Part shown: piece by piece, positions 47,363-59,010 of the stretch
How positions within the stretch are numbered: position 1 is the stretch's first letter
Layout: every line of letters begins with the position of its first letter
DNA from: Clostridia bacterium
GTDB lineage: Bacteria; Bacillota; DTU086
Length of the DNA stretch: 64,000 nucleotides
NCBI GenBank assembly: GCA_012523575.1
Contig: JAAYIF010000039.1
Span: 3,084 to 67,083, forward strand
Direction of reading: 5' to 3'
Translations under genes and position numbers: made by a program
The notes under the pieces: model-generated
Seen by the model: the letters and a program-made list of their open reading frames with translations, nothing else
Told to the model about the DNA's origin: nothing
Database searches by the model: none

Positions 47363-49084
47363 TTACAATCTTACAATAGCTTTGGTAGGACAAACTTGAG
47401 CACAAAGTCCGCACCCGGTGCACATTTGGGCGTTTATCTCTGCCGCAGTTCCCAGTAAAGAAATGGCCGGGCATCCCAGCCCTATGCATGCTCCACATCC
47501 TATACAGCTTTCTCCAACGGCAAAGGCTCTTTCCCTTTCCCTAACCCAAAGGATACATGGTCTTCTAGCAATAACCACCGAGGGTTCTTCCGCAGACATT
47601 TCTTCCTTTAAAACGGTACCCAAGCGTTCAAGATCATAGCAATCCACGGTCACAACCCTTTTTACCCCCACTGCCCTGCATATCTCTTCCAGATCCACCT
47701 TTGAAGTGGATTCATTTTTTGCCGTATAGCCGGTACCCGGATGGTGCTGGTGCCCTGTCATAGCCGTAATACCGTTATCCAGAATAACCACCGTTATTGT
47801 TCCTTTGTTGTAAACAACGTCCATAAGCCCGGTAATACCCGAGTGAAGAAAAGTGGAATCTCCGATAACAGCCACCACTTTTCTTGCAAACTCCTTACCC
47901 CTTGCTTTTTCCAGTCCCAGCGCCGTACCTATGCTGGCTCCCATGCAGTGGCATGTATCCATACTTGACAGGGGAGGAAGGGCTCCCAGGGTATAGCACC
48001 CTATGTCGCCAGTTACCACGGCTTTTAATTTATTAAGCTGATAGAAAACCCCCCGGTGAGGACATCCGGGACAGAGCACCGGCGGCCTCAAAGGTATATT
48101 ATCTTCGGGCTTAAACGAAGTTTCATCTTCCATTCCCAGCCCTTTGCGGACAATTTCAGTGCTCAGTTCTCCAAACCTTGTAAACAGCTCTTTTCCCTCA
48201 ACTTTTATTCCCAGAGCCCTTATTTCGTTTTCCAAAAGAGGCTCCAGCTCTTCAACAACAATAAGCCTATTAACCTGTTTTGCAAATTCCCTGATCAGTT
48301 CATGGGGAACGGGGTAAGAAAAACCAAGCTTAAGTATTGAAGCGTTGGGGCATGCTTCCTTAACATACTGATAGGCTGCCCCGCAGGTAATTATCCCCAG
48401 TTCCCTATCCCCCATCTCCACCTTATTCAAAGGGGATTTTTCCGCCAAAGCCCTGAGCCTTGACATCCTATTTTCCACTTCCACATGCAGCCTGCGGGCA
48501 TGGGCGGGGAGAACGATATATTTTTCAATATTACGGCTGTAGTCTTTAACTTTTCTTTCAGTTCTTTCCCCCAGAACCACCGGGGATCTTCCGTGGGAAA
48601 TTCTGGTGGTCAATCTTAAAAGGACAGGGGTATCATACTCTTCGCTCAAATCAAAGGCAAAAATGGTGAAATCCTTGGCCTCCTGGCTGTCGCTGGGCTC
48701 CAGCATGGGAATTTTGGCAAAACGGGCATAATATCTGTTGTCCTGTTCATCCTGGGAGCTGTACATCCCCGGATCATCGGCGGAAACGATGACCAGCCCC
48801 CCGTTCACTCCAGTATAGGAGGCCGTAAATAGGGGATCCGCGGCAACGTTTAATCCCACATGCTTCATGGAAACAATGCTTCTTGCCCCGCCTATACAAG
48901 CCCCCAGGGCCGTTTCCAGGGCAACTTTTTCGTTGGGCGACCACTGGGCATCAACTTCTTCATATTGAGCTAAATTCTCCAGTATTTCTGTGCTGGGTGT
49001 GCCGGGGTAAGCCGAGGCAAAATGCACTCCCGCTTCATAAGCTCCCCTGGCCACAGCTTCGTTTCCTGTAAGGAGTTTCGGCAT
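47363..49084 (-). CDS. iorA: Indolepyruvate/arylpyruvate:ferredoxin oxidoreductase subunit alpha (TPP + 2x[4Fe-4S]); start taken at MPKLLTGNEA
   Basis: TPP-binding motifs and a C-terminal pair of CxxCxxCxxxCP ferredoxin motifs (CIGCGACIGLGCP, CTGCGLCAQVCP). The ORF extends to 49132. Confidence 0.85.
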   Translation of the reverse strand: MPKLLTGNEAVARGAYEAGVHFASAYPGTPSTEILENLAQYEEVDAQWSPNEKVALETALGACIGGARSIVSMKHVGLNVAADPLFTASYTGVNGGLVIVSADDPGMYSSQDEQDNRYYARFAKIPMLEPSDSQEAKDFTIFAFDLSEEYDTPVLLRLTTRISHGRSPVVLGERTERKVKDYSRNIEKYIVLPAHARRLHVEVENRMSRLRALAEKSPLNKVEMGDRELGIITCGAAYQYVKEACPNASILKLGFSYPVPHELIREFAKQVNRLIVVEELEPLLENEIRALGIKVEGKELFTRFGELSTEIVRKGLGMEDETSFKPEDNIPLRPPVLCPGCPHRGVFYQLNKLKAVVTGDIGCYTLGALPPLSSMDTCHCMGASIGTALGLEKARGKEFARKVVAVIGDSTFLHSGITGLMDVVYNKGTITVVILDNGITAMTGHQHHPGTGYTAKNESTSKVDLEEICRAVGVKRVVTVDCYDLERLGTVLKEEMSAEEPSVVIARRPCILWVRERERAFAVGESCIGCGACIGLGCPAISLLGTAAEINAQMCTGCGLCAQVCPTKAIVRL

Positions 49085-49112
49085 ACTTATCCCCTCTCCC
49101 AAAAAGAAAAAA

Positions 49113-50453
49113 TCAAATATTTCTCTTATCAATTATACGCTTTGCTTTTCCCTCAAAACGTTCTATTGTATGAGGCTCCACAAGTCTGACCTTGGCATCA
49201 AGGGAAAGCACGCTATAGAGCCTGTCCCTTATCTTTTGCTCCAGCTTCTCCAGCTCGCTGAACCTGTCCCTTTTCAAAACTTCTTCCGTTACTTCCACCT
49301 TGATCTCTATTTGATCAAGATAACCTTCCCTAGTAACTATTATTTGATAATGAGGGGCAGTTTCCTCTATTTCCATGAGGACACTTTCAATTTGTGACGG
49401 AAAAACATTTACTCCCCTTATTATAAGCATATCGTCGGTTCTTCCCGAAACCTTGGCCATGCGTGCATTGGTCCTTCCACACCTGCAGGGTTCAGGATTG
49501 ATGGAAGTTATATCCTTTGTCCGATACCTTATTACGGGCATGGCTTCTTTAGTAAGGGTGGTTATCACCAGTTCCCCTTTACAACCGTAATCCACGGGCT
49601 CCAATGTTTCGGGATCAATTACTTCCACTAGAAAATGATCTTCGGCAATATGCATTCCGTCCCTTTCCTTACATTCCCCCGAAACCCCGGGGCCCATAAC
49701 TTCACTCAACCCGTAATTATCCGTAGCAAAACAGTTCCAGCACTTCTCTATTTCCCGGCGCATTTCCTCGGTCCATCCTTCACTGCCAAAAAGCCCAAGG
49801 CGCATGGGCAGAGAAGCAGGATCCATTCCCATCTCCCTGGCCACTTCTCCCATATAAAGGGCATAGGACGGAGTGCTCACCAAAGCCGTGGCGCCAAAAT
49901 CCTTCATGAGCATGATCTGCCTTTTTGTATTGCCCGAAGAAACGGGCACCACAGAAGCCCCGATGCGTTCCAGACCGTAATGCAGGCCCAAAGCACCGGT
50001 AAAAAGGCCGTAGCCGAAGGAAATCTGCACCGTATCCTCGGCCCGGGCCCCTGCCTCAAAAACCATTCTGGCCACCAATTCTGCCCATGTTTCCAGGTCC
50101 CTGCGGGTATAGCCCACCACTGTGGGCTTACCGGTGGTTCCGGAAGAAGCATGAATACGGACCACCTCTCTTCTGGGAACTGCAAACATTCCAAAGGGAT
50201 AGTTTTCCCTGAGGTCATCCTTGGTGGTAAAAGGGAGCAAGCGGATATCTTTCAGGGTTTTAATATCCTCCGGCTTTATACCCGCTTCATCAAATTTCTT
50301 TCTGTAATGGGGGATCTTTTCATAAGCCCTCCTCAAAGTAGTTTTAAGGCGCTCCAGCTGGAGCTGTTCCAGTTCCCTGCGGGACATACACTCACTGCGT
50401 TCGTCCCATATTTCCTTTTTCTTCATTATAAAAGTCGGATCCTTTGCCATCAT
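49113..50453 (-). CDS. paaK: Phenylacetate--CoA ligase (PaaK family adenylate-forming enzyme)
   Basis: 446 aa with the AMP-binding motif [11 protein letters not shown] and a PaaK-type C-terminal domain. Confidence 0.85.
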   Translation of the reverse strand: MMAKDPTFIMKKKEIWDERSECMSRRELEQLQLERLKTTLRRAYEKIPHYRKKFDEAGIKPEDIKTLKDIRLLPFTTKDDLRENYPFGMFAVPRREVVRIHASSGTTGKPTVVGYTRRDLETWAELVARMVFEAGARAEDTVQISFGYGLFTGALGLHYGLERIGASVVPVSSGNTKRQIMLMKDFGATALVSTPSYALYMGEVAREMGMDPASLPMRLGLFGSEGWTEEMRREIEKCWNCFATDNYGLSEVMGPGVSGECKERDGMHIAEDHFLVEVIDPETLEPVDYGCKGELVITTLTKEAMPVIRYRTKDITSINPEPCRCGRTNARMAKVSGRTDDMLIIRGVNVFPSQIESVLMEIEETAPHYQIIVTREGYLDQIEIKVEVTEEVLKRDRFSELEKLEQKIRDRLYSVLSLDAKVRLVEPHTIERFEGKAKRIIDKRNI

Positions 50454-51976
50454 TTCTGGCTCACCACTCCCTCATACATGACATTGCTTGATGTTGATAC
50501 AGGTTCTGAACCATATATCTTCTGCAGAAAAGCCTCGGGATATTTCCTGGTAACCAAACTCACAAGGGGCACCACAGCCAGAGGAACAACTATGGCCAGA
50601 GCTCCCAGGGTAGGGATCAATGATTCATTCATTTTAAAGTAGAGAGACAGCCCCAAAGAAATACCCAAACCTGAAATAATCCCTGACCAGGCCCCCGCTT
50701 TGGTAACTCCTTTCCAGAAAAGACCGTACAGATAAGGCGCAAGGAAAGAACCCGCCACGGCACCCCAGGATAAGGACATTAAAGCCAGGATTACCGTGGG
50801 CTTTCTTAAAGCTATCCACAGGGATAAACCCACAAAAACTAAACAGAGAATACGCATTAAAAGAACAACGTTCTTTCTGCTTATCCCCGGATAAAAAGTT
50901 TCCTTTACAAGGTCAATGGCCACGGCAGAACTGGAAACCAGAACCAGGGACGCCAGGGTGGACATGGAAGCAGCCATTACCATGAGAAGAATAATGATCC
51001 CCAGAGATTCAGGCAGCACACGGCTCACAATCTGAGGCATAATGACATCGGGATTGGGCTGCCCCCCTACCATGGGCATCTCATTGTTAAAGAACAGGCG
51101 GCTCAAGCTCCCGGTAAAATAAGCTCCAAGGGCTATTAAAAAAGAAAACACTGTACATACTATTTTAGCTCTGGAAATGGACTCCTGGTTTTTAATGGCA
51201 TAAAATTTCTGCACCATCTGGGGCAGTCCCCAGGAACCAAGGCTGGTAAGAACCACCATAGAAAGTAAAGGGACAAGCCCTGGAGGCCCAATGGGCTTTA
51301 CCAGACGGGAATCGTATTGGGCAAGCCTTGACAATCCCTCTGCTACACCTCCCACATGGGGATCATAGACTATAAAGATAATCATAAGGATGACTCCCGC
51401 TATCATAACGAAGCCCTGAACAAAATCGGTCATGGCCACGGCAAAATAACCGCCCATTATAAGATACACCGCAGTTAATACTGCCATCAGTATCAATGCA
51501 GTCTCAAAGGGAATTTTGAAAACCTCTTCGAAAAGATAGCTCAAACCCATATAAACAGAGGCGGAGTAAGGAACCAAAAAAATAAAAATAATCAACGCAG
51601 AAACTATTTTCAACCATCGTGAATCATAGCGGGCCTCAAAGAAGGCGGGCATAGTAAGCACACCCAGTCGGGTAGTGAGCCTTCGGGTGGGAGCGGCTAA
51701 AACCTTCCAAGCAAGGTAAGCACCTACAAAGGCGTTGCCTAAAACAATCCAGAGGGAGGAAAGCCCAAAACCCCAGCCCACCTTTCCGGCATAGCCAATA
51801 AAAAGCACCGCTGAAAAATAAGTGGTGCCGTAAGCAAAGGCCGATACCCAGGGGCCGATGGTTCGGCTTCCCAGGAAGAAATCGTTGACCGTTCTGGTCT
51901 TCTTCATGCTCACATAACCAATTCCTACCAAAATACACACATAGGCAATAAGAACCGCAACCTTCATACCTACCAT
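50450..51976 (-). CDS. Sodium:solute symporter family transporter (PaaL/phenylacetate-permease-like)
   Basis: 508 aa, about 13 TM, SSS family features. Overlaps paaK by 4 nt. Confidence 0.75.
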   Translation of the reverse strand: MVGMKVAVLIAYVCILVGIGYVSMKKTRTVNDFFLGSRTIGPWVSAFAYGTTYFSAVLFIGYAGKVGWGFGLSSLWIVLGNAFVGAYLAWKVLAAPTRRLTTRLGVLTMPAFFEARYDSRWLKIVSALIIFIFLVPYSASVYMGLSYLFEEVFKIPFETALILMAVLTAVYLIMGGYFAVAMTDFVQGFVMIAGVILMIIFIVYDPHVGGVAEGLSRLAQYDSRLVKPIGPPGLVPLLSMVVLTSLGSWGLPQMVQKFYAIKNQESISRAKIVCTVFSFLIALGAYFTGSLSRLFFNNEMPMVGGQPNPDVIMPQIVSRVLPESLGIIILLMVMAASMSTLASLVLVSSSAVAIDLVKETFYPGISRKNVVLLMRILCLVFVGLSLWIALRKPTVILALMSLSWGAVAGSFLAPYLYGLFWKGVTKAGAWSGIISGLGISLGLSLYFKMNESLIPTLGALAIVVPLAVVPLVSLVTRKYPEAFLQKIYGSEPVSTSSNVMYEGVVSQK

Positions 51977-52092
51977 CCTTCCGTCCTAATTTTATTAAAT
52001 CTAAATTAAACCTTTAAAATTAAAACACATTTAACAACAAAGACATATTCAACAACAAACTTAAAATTCCTTCTTTAGGGTTACATTCCCTA

Positions 52093-53478
52093 TCAAACAA
52101 GGTGCTGCCTGTTCAGCCGGATAATTTCCTTAGATTCCGTAAGGGCCCGGGATACCTGCCGCGGACCGGTGGCTCCGGGTACATCGCGCCTCATAACGCA
52201 GGACTCAATGGACAGTCTCTGGTGTATATCCTCCTCAAAGGCACCGGAAAATTTTTTGAACTCCTCCAGGGATAAGTCACCCAGGGTTATTCCCCGTTCA
52301 ATGCAGTAAAGAACCAGGCGGCCCGTTATTTCATGGGCTTCTCTGAAGGGAATACCTTTTTCCGCCAGATAGTCGGCAACATCGGTGGCATTGGCAAACC
52401 CCCTTTGGGCTTCCCGGTGCATTTTTTCCGGAAAAATTTTCAAAGTGTCGAGCATGGGGATAAAAACTTGAAGGCACCCCTTAACAGTATCCAGAGCATC
52501 GAAAAGGTTTTCCTTATCCTCCTGCATATCTTTATTATAAGCCAGGGGGAGAGACTTCATCACCGTAAGAAGGGCCATAAGGGATCCGTAAACCCTTCCC
52601 GTTTTACCCCTTACCAGTTCAGCCACGTCGGGATTTTTTTTCTGGGGCATAATGCTGCTGCCCGTACCGTAGGCATCATCTACCTCTACAAAACCAAACT
52701 CATTGGTGGACCACAGAATTATTTCCTCACAGAAGCGGCTTAAGTGCATCATAATCATTGAGGCACAAAATAAAAATTCCAGCACAAAATCCCTGTCGCT
52801 TACGGCATCCATGCTGTTTCTGCTGATTACCCTGAAGCCCAGCTCCTCCTTAACCCTTTCCCTGTCTATGGGAAAAGTTGTTCCAGCCAGAGCGCCGGAA
52901 CCCAGGGGCATCACATCGGTGCGCTTTCTGCAGTCCAAAAGCCTTTCAAAATCCCTCTGAAACATTTCAAAATACGCCAGAAGGTGGTGGGAAAAAAGCA
53001 CAGGCTGCGCCTTTTGAAGATGAGTGTATCCCGGCATAATCACGTCCAGATGCTTCTCCGCCTTATCAACAATGGCCTGCTGAAGGTCCGCAAGAAGACC
53101 CATTATCACCTTTATTTCCTCTTTTAAATACATCCTCATGTCAAGGGCAACCTGATCGTTTCTGCTCCTTGCCGTGTGGAGCTTTTTGCCCACTTCCCCT
53201 ATCTTCTCCGTCAAAATTTTTTCTATATTCATATGTATATCCTCTGCATCAACGCTGAATTCAGTTTTCCCCTCTTCAATCTCCCGTTCAATTTCCCTAA
53301 GCCCCTCAATAATGAGCCGGGATTCTTCTTTTGAAATTATCCCCTGTTCCCCAAGCATTCGGGCATGGGCAATGCTTCCCCTGATATCCTGTTTATAAAG
53401 GCGGGAATCAAAGGAAATGGAGGAATGAAAATCTTCCACCAGTTCGTCTGTTTCCTTAGTAAAACGCCCGCTCCACAT
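52093..53478 (-). CDS. argH: Argininosuccinate lyase
   Basis: Fumarate-lyase signature [12 protein letters not shown]. Start taken at MWSGRF (the ORF extends to 53508). Confidence 0.92.
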   Translation of the reverse strand: MWSGRFTKETDELVEDFHSSISFDSRLYKQDIRGSIAHARMLGEQGIISKEESRLIIEGLREIEREIEEGKTEFSVDAEDIHMNIEKILTEKIGEVGKKLHTARSRNDQVALDMRMYLKEEIKVIMGLLADLQQAIVDKAEKHLDVIMPGYTHLQKAQPVLFSHHLLAYFEMFQRDFERLLDCRKRTDVMPLGSGALAGTTFPIDRERVKEELGFRVISRNSMDAVSDRDFVLEFLFCASMIMMHLSRFCEEIILWSTNEFGFVEVDDAYGTGSSIMPQKKNPDVAELVRGKTGRVYGSLMALLTVMKSLPLAYNKDMQEDKENLFDALDTVKGCLQVFIPMLDTLKIFPEKMHREAQRGFANATDVADYLAEKGIPFREAHEITGRLVLYCIERGITLGDLSLEEFKKFSGAFEEDIHQRLSIESCVMRRDVPGATGPRQVSRALTESKEIIRLNRQHLV

Positions 53479-53559
53479 TTTCACCGCATTCTCCCCCTTA
53501 ATCCCCATATAAATAAACTTTATGGTATATTAATGAATCAAAGAGATCTTTAAAAGGAT

Positions 53560-53994
53560 GTGAAAAAAATGAAAATACTTCTTGCCATCGATGGTTCCGA
53601 TAATGCCTTTAGAGCTGCTCAATTTACCGCCAATTTATCACAAATGATTCCCAACAGCAAGGTCACCCTTATTTTTATTGACACCCTGGCAACCATCATC
53701 AAAGCAAGGGGTGGTACACTGCCCGAAGACTACGAAAACATTATCAATGAAGAGATCTCTAAGCTGTTAAAAAGAGCAGAAAATCTTTTTATAGAAAAAA
53801 GCATCCCTTACAACATAAAAATATTAGAAGGCTACGATGTGGCTGAAACCATCTGTGACTTTGCCAAGGAATACGGCTACGATCAGATTATAATGGGAAC
53901 CCGGGGATTGGGCAGCGTTAAGGGAGTTTTTTTGGGAAGCGTAAGCCACAAGGTAATACAGCTTGCTCCCTGTCCTGTGACATTCGTTAAATAA
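53560..53994 (+). CDS. Universal stress protein (UspA family)
   Basis: 144 aa. Usp ATP-binding motif MGTRGLGSVKGVFLGSVSHKV. Confidence 0.85.
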   Translation: MKKMKILLAIDGSDNAFRAAQFTANLSQMIPNSKVTLIFIDTLATIIKARGGTLPEDYENIINEEISKLLKRAENLFIEKSIPYNIKILEGYDVAETICDFAKEYGYDQIIMGTRGLGSVKGVFLGSVSHKVIQLAPCPVTFVK

Positions 53995-54216
53995 TCCATC
54001 TGCCCTGTTCTACTAACACCGTTTATAAACTATAAAAGGCATCAGCATCCCCTTCAATACTTCCACCCACAGCTCATACAGCTGCGCAAAACAGCCTCTG
54101 CTTTTATCCTCTAACTTTCTAGGTAAAAGCCCTCATAAACTCCTTTCCATATCTGCCATCCATGCTCTCAGTTAATTTTAATATTTTAGATTTTTTAAAG
54201 GCCTGTTTGCGGGAGG

Positions 54217-54651
54217 ATGATTTTAATGAAACTGCTTCTCTGCGCCGACGGCTCTGAAAACTCCATTAGAGCAGCACAATACACTGCCTCCCTGGCAAAG
54301 ATCACCGGTATTAATAGAATTACGGTAATCCATGTGGATACCCTCATAAACTTAGCAAAATCCCGGGGTATAACGCTGCCTATTGGTTTCAATGACCTTT
54401 TTGACCCCAAGGTAAAGGAGGGTCTCAATGAAATAGAGAACATACTCCGAAGGGAAGGAATCCCCTTTGAAACAAAGGTGTTGGAAGACAGCGATGCAGC
54501 AGAAGCCATATGCGAATACGCCAAATTTTACAACTACGACCTTATTATCCTGGGCTCAAGGGGAATTGGAGGTATCAAGGGGCTGTTTTTGGGAAGCGTA
54601 AGCAGTAAAGTTCTGCAGCTGGCCCATTGTCCCGTAACCATCGTGAAATAA
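54217..54651 (+). CDS. Universal stress protein (UspA family), tandem paralog
   Basis: 144 aa, about 45% identical to the upstream Usp (ILGSRGIGGIKGLFLGSVSSKV). Confidence 0.85.
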   Translation: MILMKLLLCADGSENSIRAAQYTASLAKITGINRITVIHVDTLINLAKSRGITLPIGFNDLFDPKVKEGLNEIENILRREGIPFETKVLEDSDAAEAICEYAKFYNYDLIILGSRGIGGIKGLFLGSVSSKVLQLAHCPVTIVK

Positions 54652-54696
54652 AAAGCAGCCCCATGTTCCCCATGTTTTTCAAAAAAATCCCGGCCT

Positions 54697-55914
54697 TTAC
54701 TGCTCTTTTTCCTTTGCATCTTTTAACATCAGCGCCCTAACCTTAAGGGGAAGACCGAACAGATTTATGAAACCCTCTGCATCCTTCTGATTGTATACTT
54801 CATCCTCCTCAAAGGTGGCAAACTCCATCCTATAGAGGGAGTAAGGAGATTTTATTCCCACAGGTTCGCAGTTCCCCTTGTAAAGCTTTAACCGCACCGT
54901 CCCCGTAACGGTCTCCTGGGTTTTATCAACAAAGGCATCCAGAGCTTCCCTTAGGGGAGAATACCAAACGCCATCATATACCAGCTGGGCATATTTTTCA
55001 GCTACAATTCTTTTAAAATGGGCGGTCTGTCTGTCTAAGGTTATGGATTCTAGGGCATTTTGGGCAGCGTGGAGTATGGTTCCCCCTGGGGTTTCATAAA
55101 CCCCCCGGGATTTTATCCCCACAAGGCGGTTTTCCACAATGCTGATAATGCCCACTCCGTTCTCTGCCCCGGCTTCATTGACCTTCCTAATAAGATCCAC
55201 CGGCGGCAGCTTTTCACCGTCCACCGCCACGGGAACTCCCCTTTCAAACTCAATCTCAATATATGTGGGCACATCGGGAGCCTTTTCAGGGGGAGTGATT
55301 ATCTGATAAAGATCCTGTGGAGGTTCATTCCAGGGATCTTCCAGATCGCCGCCCTCATGGCTCAAATGCCAGAGATTTCTGTCCCGGCTGTATGGCTTTT
55401 CCTTGGTAACGGGGACAGGTATCCCTCTTTCCTTTGCATATTCCATGGCTTCTTTTCGGGAAGAAATATTCCACTCCCTCCAGGGAGCAATGATTTTAAG
55501 TTCGGGTTTAAGGGCTTTTACCGCCAGCTCAAAGCGCACCTGATCATTGCCCTTACCCGTAGCCCCATGAGCCACAGCCTCGGCACCCTCTTTTTCGGCA
55601 ATCTCCACCAGCCTCTTTCCTATAAGGGGGCGGGCAAAGGAAGTCCCCAAAAGATATCTCCCTTCATATACCGCTCCGGCCTTTAAAGTGGGAAAAATAA
55701 AGTCCGTCACAAATTCTTCCTTTAAATCCTCCACATATACCTTTGAAGCACCGCTCAGATAAGCCTTTTCCTCAACGGCCTTAAAATCATCGTCCTGCCC
55801 CACATCAGCGGTCATTGCAATTACTTCATAACCGTAGTTTTCTTTGAGCCAGGGAATAATAATTGAAGTATCAAGGCCTCCGGAATACGCAAGAACCACC
55901 TTTTTCATCGCCAT
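54697..55914 (-). CDS. argG: Argininosuccinate synthase
   Basis: 405 aa with the [11 protein letters not shown]-loop. Confidence 0.95.
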   Translation of the reverse strand: MAMKKVVLAYSGGLDTSIIIPWLKENYGYEVIAMTADVGQDDDFKAVEEKAYLSGASKVYVEDLKEEFVTDFIFPTLKAGAVYEGRYLLGTSFARPLIGKRLVEIAEKEGAEAVAHGATGKGNDQVRFELAVKALKPELKIIAPWREWNISSRKEAMEYAKERGIPVPVTKEKPYSRDRNLWHLSHEGGDLEDPWNEPPQDLYQIITPPEKAPDVPTYIEIEFERGVPVAVDGEKLPPVDLIRKVNEAGAENGVGIISIVENRLVGIKSRGVYETPGGTILHAAQNALESITLDRQTAHFKRIVAEKYAQLVYDGVWYSPLREALDAFVDKTQETVTGTVRLKLYKGNCEPVGIKSPYSLYRMEFATFEEDEVYNQKDAEGFINLFGLPLKVRALMLKDAKEKEQ

Positions 55915-55924
55915 TTCCCCTTTC

Positions 55925-56875
55925 CTAATCAGCCATAATGAGGGCCATTACAGCCTTTTGAACATGTAGGCGGTTTTCCGCCTGTTCAAAGACCACCGAC
56001 TGCTCTCCGTCTATAACCTCATCGGTTATCTCTTCCCCCCTGTGGGCGGGAAGGCAGTGCATTACAATGCAGTCATCCTTTGCCTTTTTTAATAGTTCCC
56101 CGTTTAACTGATAGGGTTTAAATATCTCTGCCCTCTTTTGGGCCTCACTTTCCTGTCCCATGCTTGCCCAAACATCGGTGTAAACCACGTCTGCCCCTGA
56201 CATGGCGGTTGCCGGATCATTAAGCACCTGGATCTCTGCCCCTGTAAGCTCCGCCGCGGAAACGGCTTTTTTAAGCACTTCCTCGTGGGGCTCATATCCC
56301 GGCGGGCAGCAGACCACCACATTCATTCCCGTTTTTGCACCGGCCATAAGGAGGGAATTGGCCACATTATTTCCGTCTCCAACGTATACCAGCTTAATTC
56401 CTTTAAGCTTACCTTTATGCTCCCTTATGGTAAAAATGTCCGTAAGGGCCTGGCAGGGATGGAAAAGGTCCGTAAGGCCATTGATCACCGGAATGTCCGC
56501 AGCTTCCGCCAGCTTCTCCACTTCGGCCTGATCAAAGGTACGGATCATAATCCCATCCAGATACCGGGAAAACACCTTTCCCGTATCCTCTATGGTTTCC
56601 CCCCTGGCCAGCTGGAGAGCGTCTTTGCTTAAAAACAGAGCAAATCCCCCCAGCTGGTACATTCCCACTTCAAAGGAAACTCTAGTTCTGGTTGAACTTT
56701 TTTTAAAAATCATCCCCAAAGTTTTACCCTTGAGCAGATGATGGGTGATCCCTTTCTTCTGTTCATCCTTCAGCCTTTCCGCAAAATCCAGCATAAAATT
56801 GATTTCCTCAGGGGAATAATCATAAAGGGATAAAAAATCCCTCCCCCGAAACTCCCTCGCGCTAACCAATTTCAT
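55925..56875 (-). CDS. argF: Ornithine carbamoyltransferase
   Basis: STRTRVSFE carbamoyl-phosphate motif and HCLPA ornithine-binding motif. Start taken at MKLVSAREF (the ORF extends to 56938). Confidence 0.9.
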   Translation of the reverse strand: MKLVSAREFRGRDFLSLYDYSPEEINFMLDFAERLKDEQKKGITHHLLKGKTLGMIFKKSSTRTRVSFEVGMYQLGGFALFLSKDALQLARGETIEDTGKVFSRYLDGIMIRTFDQAEVEKLAEAADIPVINGLTDLFHPCQALTDIFTIREHKGKLKGIKLVYVGDGNNVANSLLMAGAKTGMNVVVCCPPGYEPHEEVLKKAVSAAELTGAEIQVLNDPATAMSGADVVYTDVWASMGQESEAQKRAEIFKPYQLNGELLKKAKDDCIVMHCLPAHRGEEITDEVIDGEQSVVFEQAENRLHVQKAVMALIMAD

Positions 56876-58037
56876 CCTCCCCCTCTTCGGACAAGCTGCC
56901 CATGACCTTATCAAGGATCTCCACCGCCTCGTCCACATGCTCCCTGGTAATGTTTAAGGGTGGCAGGAAGCGGAGAACTTTTTGGGAAGCACAGTTTATA
57001 AGAAGTCCTTTTTCCCTGCACAGGTCAACAATCTTTCCACCGTCTATGCTGAGCTCCATCCCCAGCAGCAATCCCAATCCCCGAATATCCATGATAAAAC
57101 CATATTTCCTCTTTAGGCCCTCCAACTTTTCAAAGAGATAACTTCCCATTTGAGTAGCATTATTAATTAACCCATTTTCCAGAAGGGCAGCCATTACCGC
57201 AGCCCCCGCAGCGCAGGACACGGGATTCCCTCCAAAGGTGGATCCGTGGCTGCCCGGGCCCAAAGCCTCGCTTACCTCTTCCACGGCAAGCACGGCCCCC
57301 AGGGGCAGGCCTCCTCCCAGTGCCTTCGCCAGTGTAACCACATGGGGCTTTATGCCGTAATGCTCATAGGCAAAGAGATTTCCCGTTCTTCCCATTCCGC
57401 ACTGAATCTCGTCCAGCATTAAAAGAATGCCCTTCTCCCGGCAGATCCTTTCCACTTCCTTCAGGTACCCCGCTTCCGCGGCATATACCCCGCCCTCTCC
57501 CTGCACGGGCTCCAGCATAACCGCACAGGTTTCATCATCTACGGCTTTTTCAAGGGCCTGGACATCGTTAAAGGGTACATGAACAAACCCCGGAGGCAGG
57601 GGATCAAAGCCGGTATGTACCTTTTCCTGACCCGTGGCCGCTGCCGTAGCCAGGGTTCTTCCGTGAAAGGATTTGTACATGGTGACGATTTTATAGCGCC
57701 TGCTTCCCTTTACAACCTGAAAGTAGCGCCGTGCCAGTTTAAAAGCCCCTTCATTGGCCTCAGCGCCGCTGTTGCAGAAAAAAACCCTGTCAAAATGGGA
57801 ATTTTCAATAAGAAGCTGGGCCAGCTCCACCTGGGGTTCGTTCCAGTAAAGATTGGAACAATGCATGAGCTTTCCAATCTGTTCACAGCAGGCTTCCACC
57901 ACTTCAGGATGACAGTGCCCCAGGTTGTTTACCGCAATTCCTGACACAAAATCAAGATACCTGTTTCCGTCAGCATCCCAAACATAGGCCCCTTCCCCTT
58001 TAACAAGGGCCATGGGCTGCCGGATGTAATTTTTCAT
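56862..58037 (-). CDS. argD: Acetylornithine aminotransferase (class III PLP aminotransferase)
   Basis: Class III AT fold with the PLP lysine region (DEIQCGMGRTG). Start taken at MKNYIRQP (the ORF extends to 58196). Confidence 0.9.
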   Translation of the reverse strand: MKNYIRQPMALVKGEGAYVWDADGNRYLDFVSGIAVNNLGHCHPEVVEACCEQIGKLMHCSNLYWNEPQVELAQLLIENSHFDRVFFCNSGAEANEGAFKLARRYFQVVKGSRRYKIVTMYKSFHGRTLATAAATGQEKVHTGFDPLPPGFVHVPFNDVQALEKAVDDETCAVMLEPVQGEGGVYAAEAGYLKEVERICREKGILLMLDEIQCGMGRTGNLFAYEHYGIKPHVVTLAKALGGGLPLGAVLAVEEVSEALGPGSHGSTFGGNPVSCAAGAAVMAALLENGLINNATQMGSYLFEKLEGLKRKYGFIMDIRGLGLLLGMELSIDGGKIVDLCREKGLLINCASQKVLRFLPPLNITREHVDEAVEILDKVMGSLSEEGEDEIG

Positions 58038-58092
58038 AAGGTATTTTTCCCCAAGGCTTTTAATGAAAGAGTTCCCCAACCTAGCACCCCCT

Positions 58093-58983
58093 CTATTTAA
58101 CCACCATGGTTCCAATTCCCTCATGGGTAAATATTTCCAGGAGTATGGAGTGGGGTATCCTGCCGTCAATAATATGGGTTCTGCCCACACCCCCAAGGAG
58201 AGCCCGGGCGCAGCACTGAACTTTGGGGATCATTCCCCCTTTGATAACCCCACTGTCAATGAGGCCCTGAATGCTGCTCACCTTCAAAGACGAGATCAGG
58301 GAATCCTTATCGTCGGGATCCGCAAAAATTCCCTCCACATCGGTAAGGAGCACCAGTTTATCAGCTTTTAAAGCCACGGCCAGCTCTCCCGCAACATAAT
58401 CGGCATTTATGTTGTAGCTCTCTCCCTTTTCCCCGGCTCCAATGGGTGCAACCACAGGAATATACCCTTGAGATATAACTGATCCGATAACCTCTGGATT
58501 TATACGGACTATTTCCCCCACATAGCCTATATCATAGTCAAATTCCTCACCGTTTTCATTTTTTCCTTTAAAAACTTTTTTACGGGCCAAAATAAGGTTC
58601 CCGTCTTTTCCCGTTAACCCTATGGCAGAGGCGCCGTACTTGTTGATCAGGGAAACTATTTCCTTGTTTACCTTGCCTGCCAGAACCATTTCCACAACAT
58701 TCATAGTTTCTTCATCGGTAACCCTCTGCCCCTGCACAAAGGAAGTTTTTATTCCCAGCTTTTGGAGCATGGCGTTAATCTCCGGACCACCGCCGTGAAC
58801 CACCACGGGGTTCATGCCCACAAACTTCATAAGGGTTATATCCTGCATCACCGCATTTTTCAGCTCAGGGCTGCACATGGCATGCCCCCCGAGCTTTATC
58901 ACTATGGTCTTGCCGTAGAATTCTTTAATATAGGGCAGAGCCTCTATGAGTACATTGGCCTTATCCAAAGGAGTAACAACCAT
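58093..58983 (-). CDS. argB: Acetylglutamate kinase
   Basis: 296 aa amino-acid kinase family (VIKLGGHAM..., VVHGGGPEI). Confidence 0.92.
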   Translation of the reverse strand: MVVTPLDKANVLIEALPYIKEFYGKTIVIKLGGHAMCSPELKNAVMQDITLMKFVGMNPVVVHGGGPEINAMLQKLGIKTSFVQGQRVTDEETMNVVEMVLAGKVNKEIVSLINKYGASAIGLTGKDGNLILARKKVFKGKNENGEEFDYDIGYVGEIVRINPEVIGSVISQGYIPVVAPIGAGEKGESYNINADYVAGELAVALKADKLVLLTDVEGIFADPDDKDSLISSLKVSSIQGLIDSGVIKGGMIPKVQCCARALLGGVGRTHIIDGRIPHSILLEIFTHEGIGTMVVK

Positions 58984-59010
58984 TTTTATCCCTCCACCAT
59001 CACCGGATGC

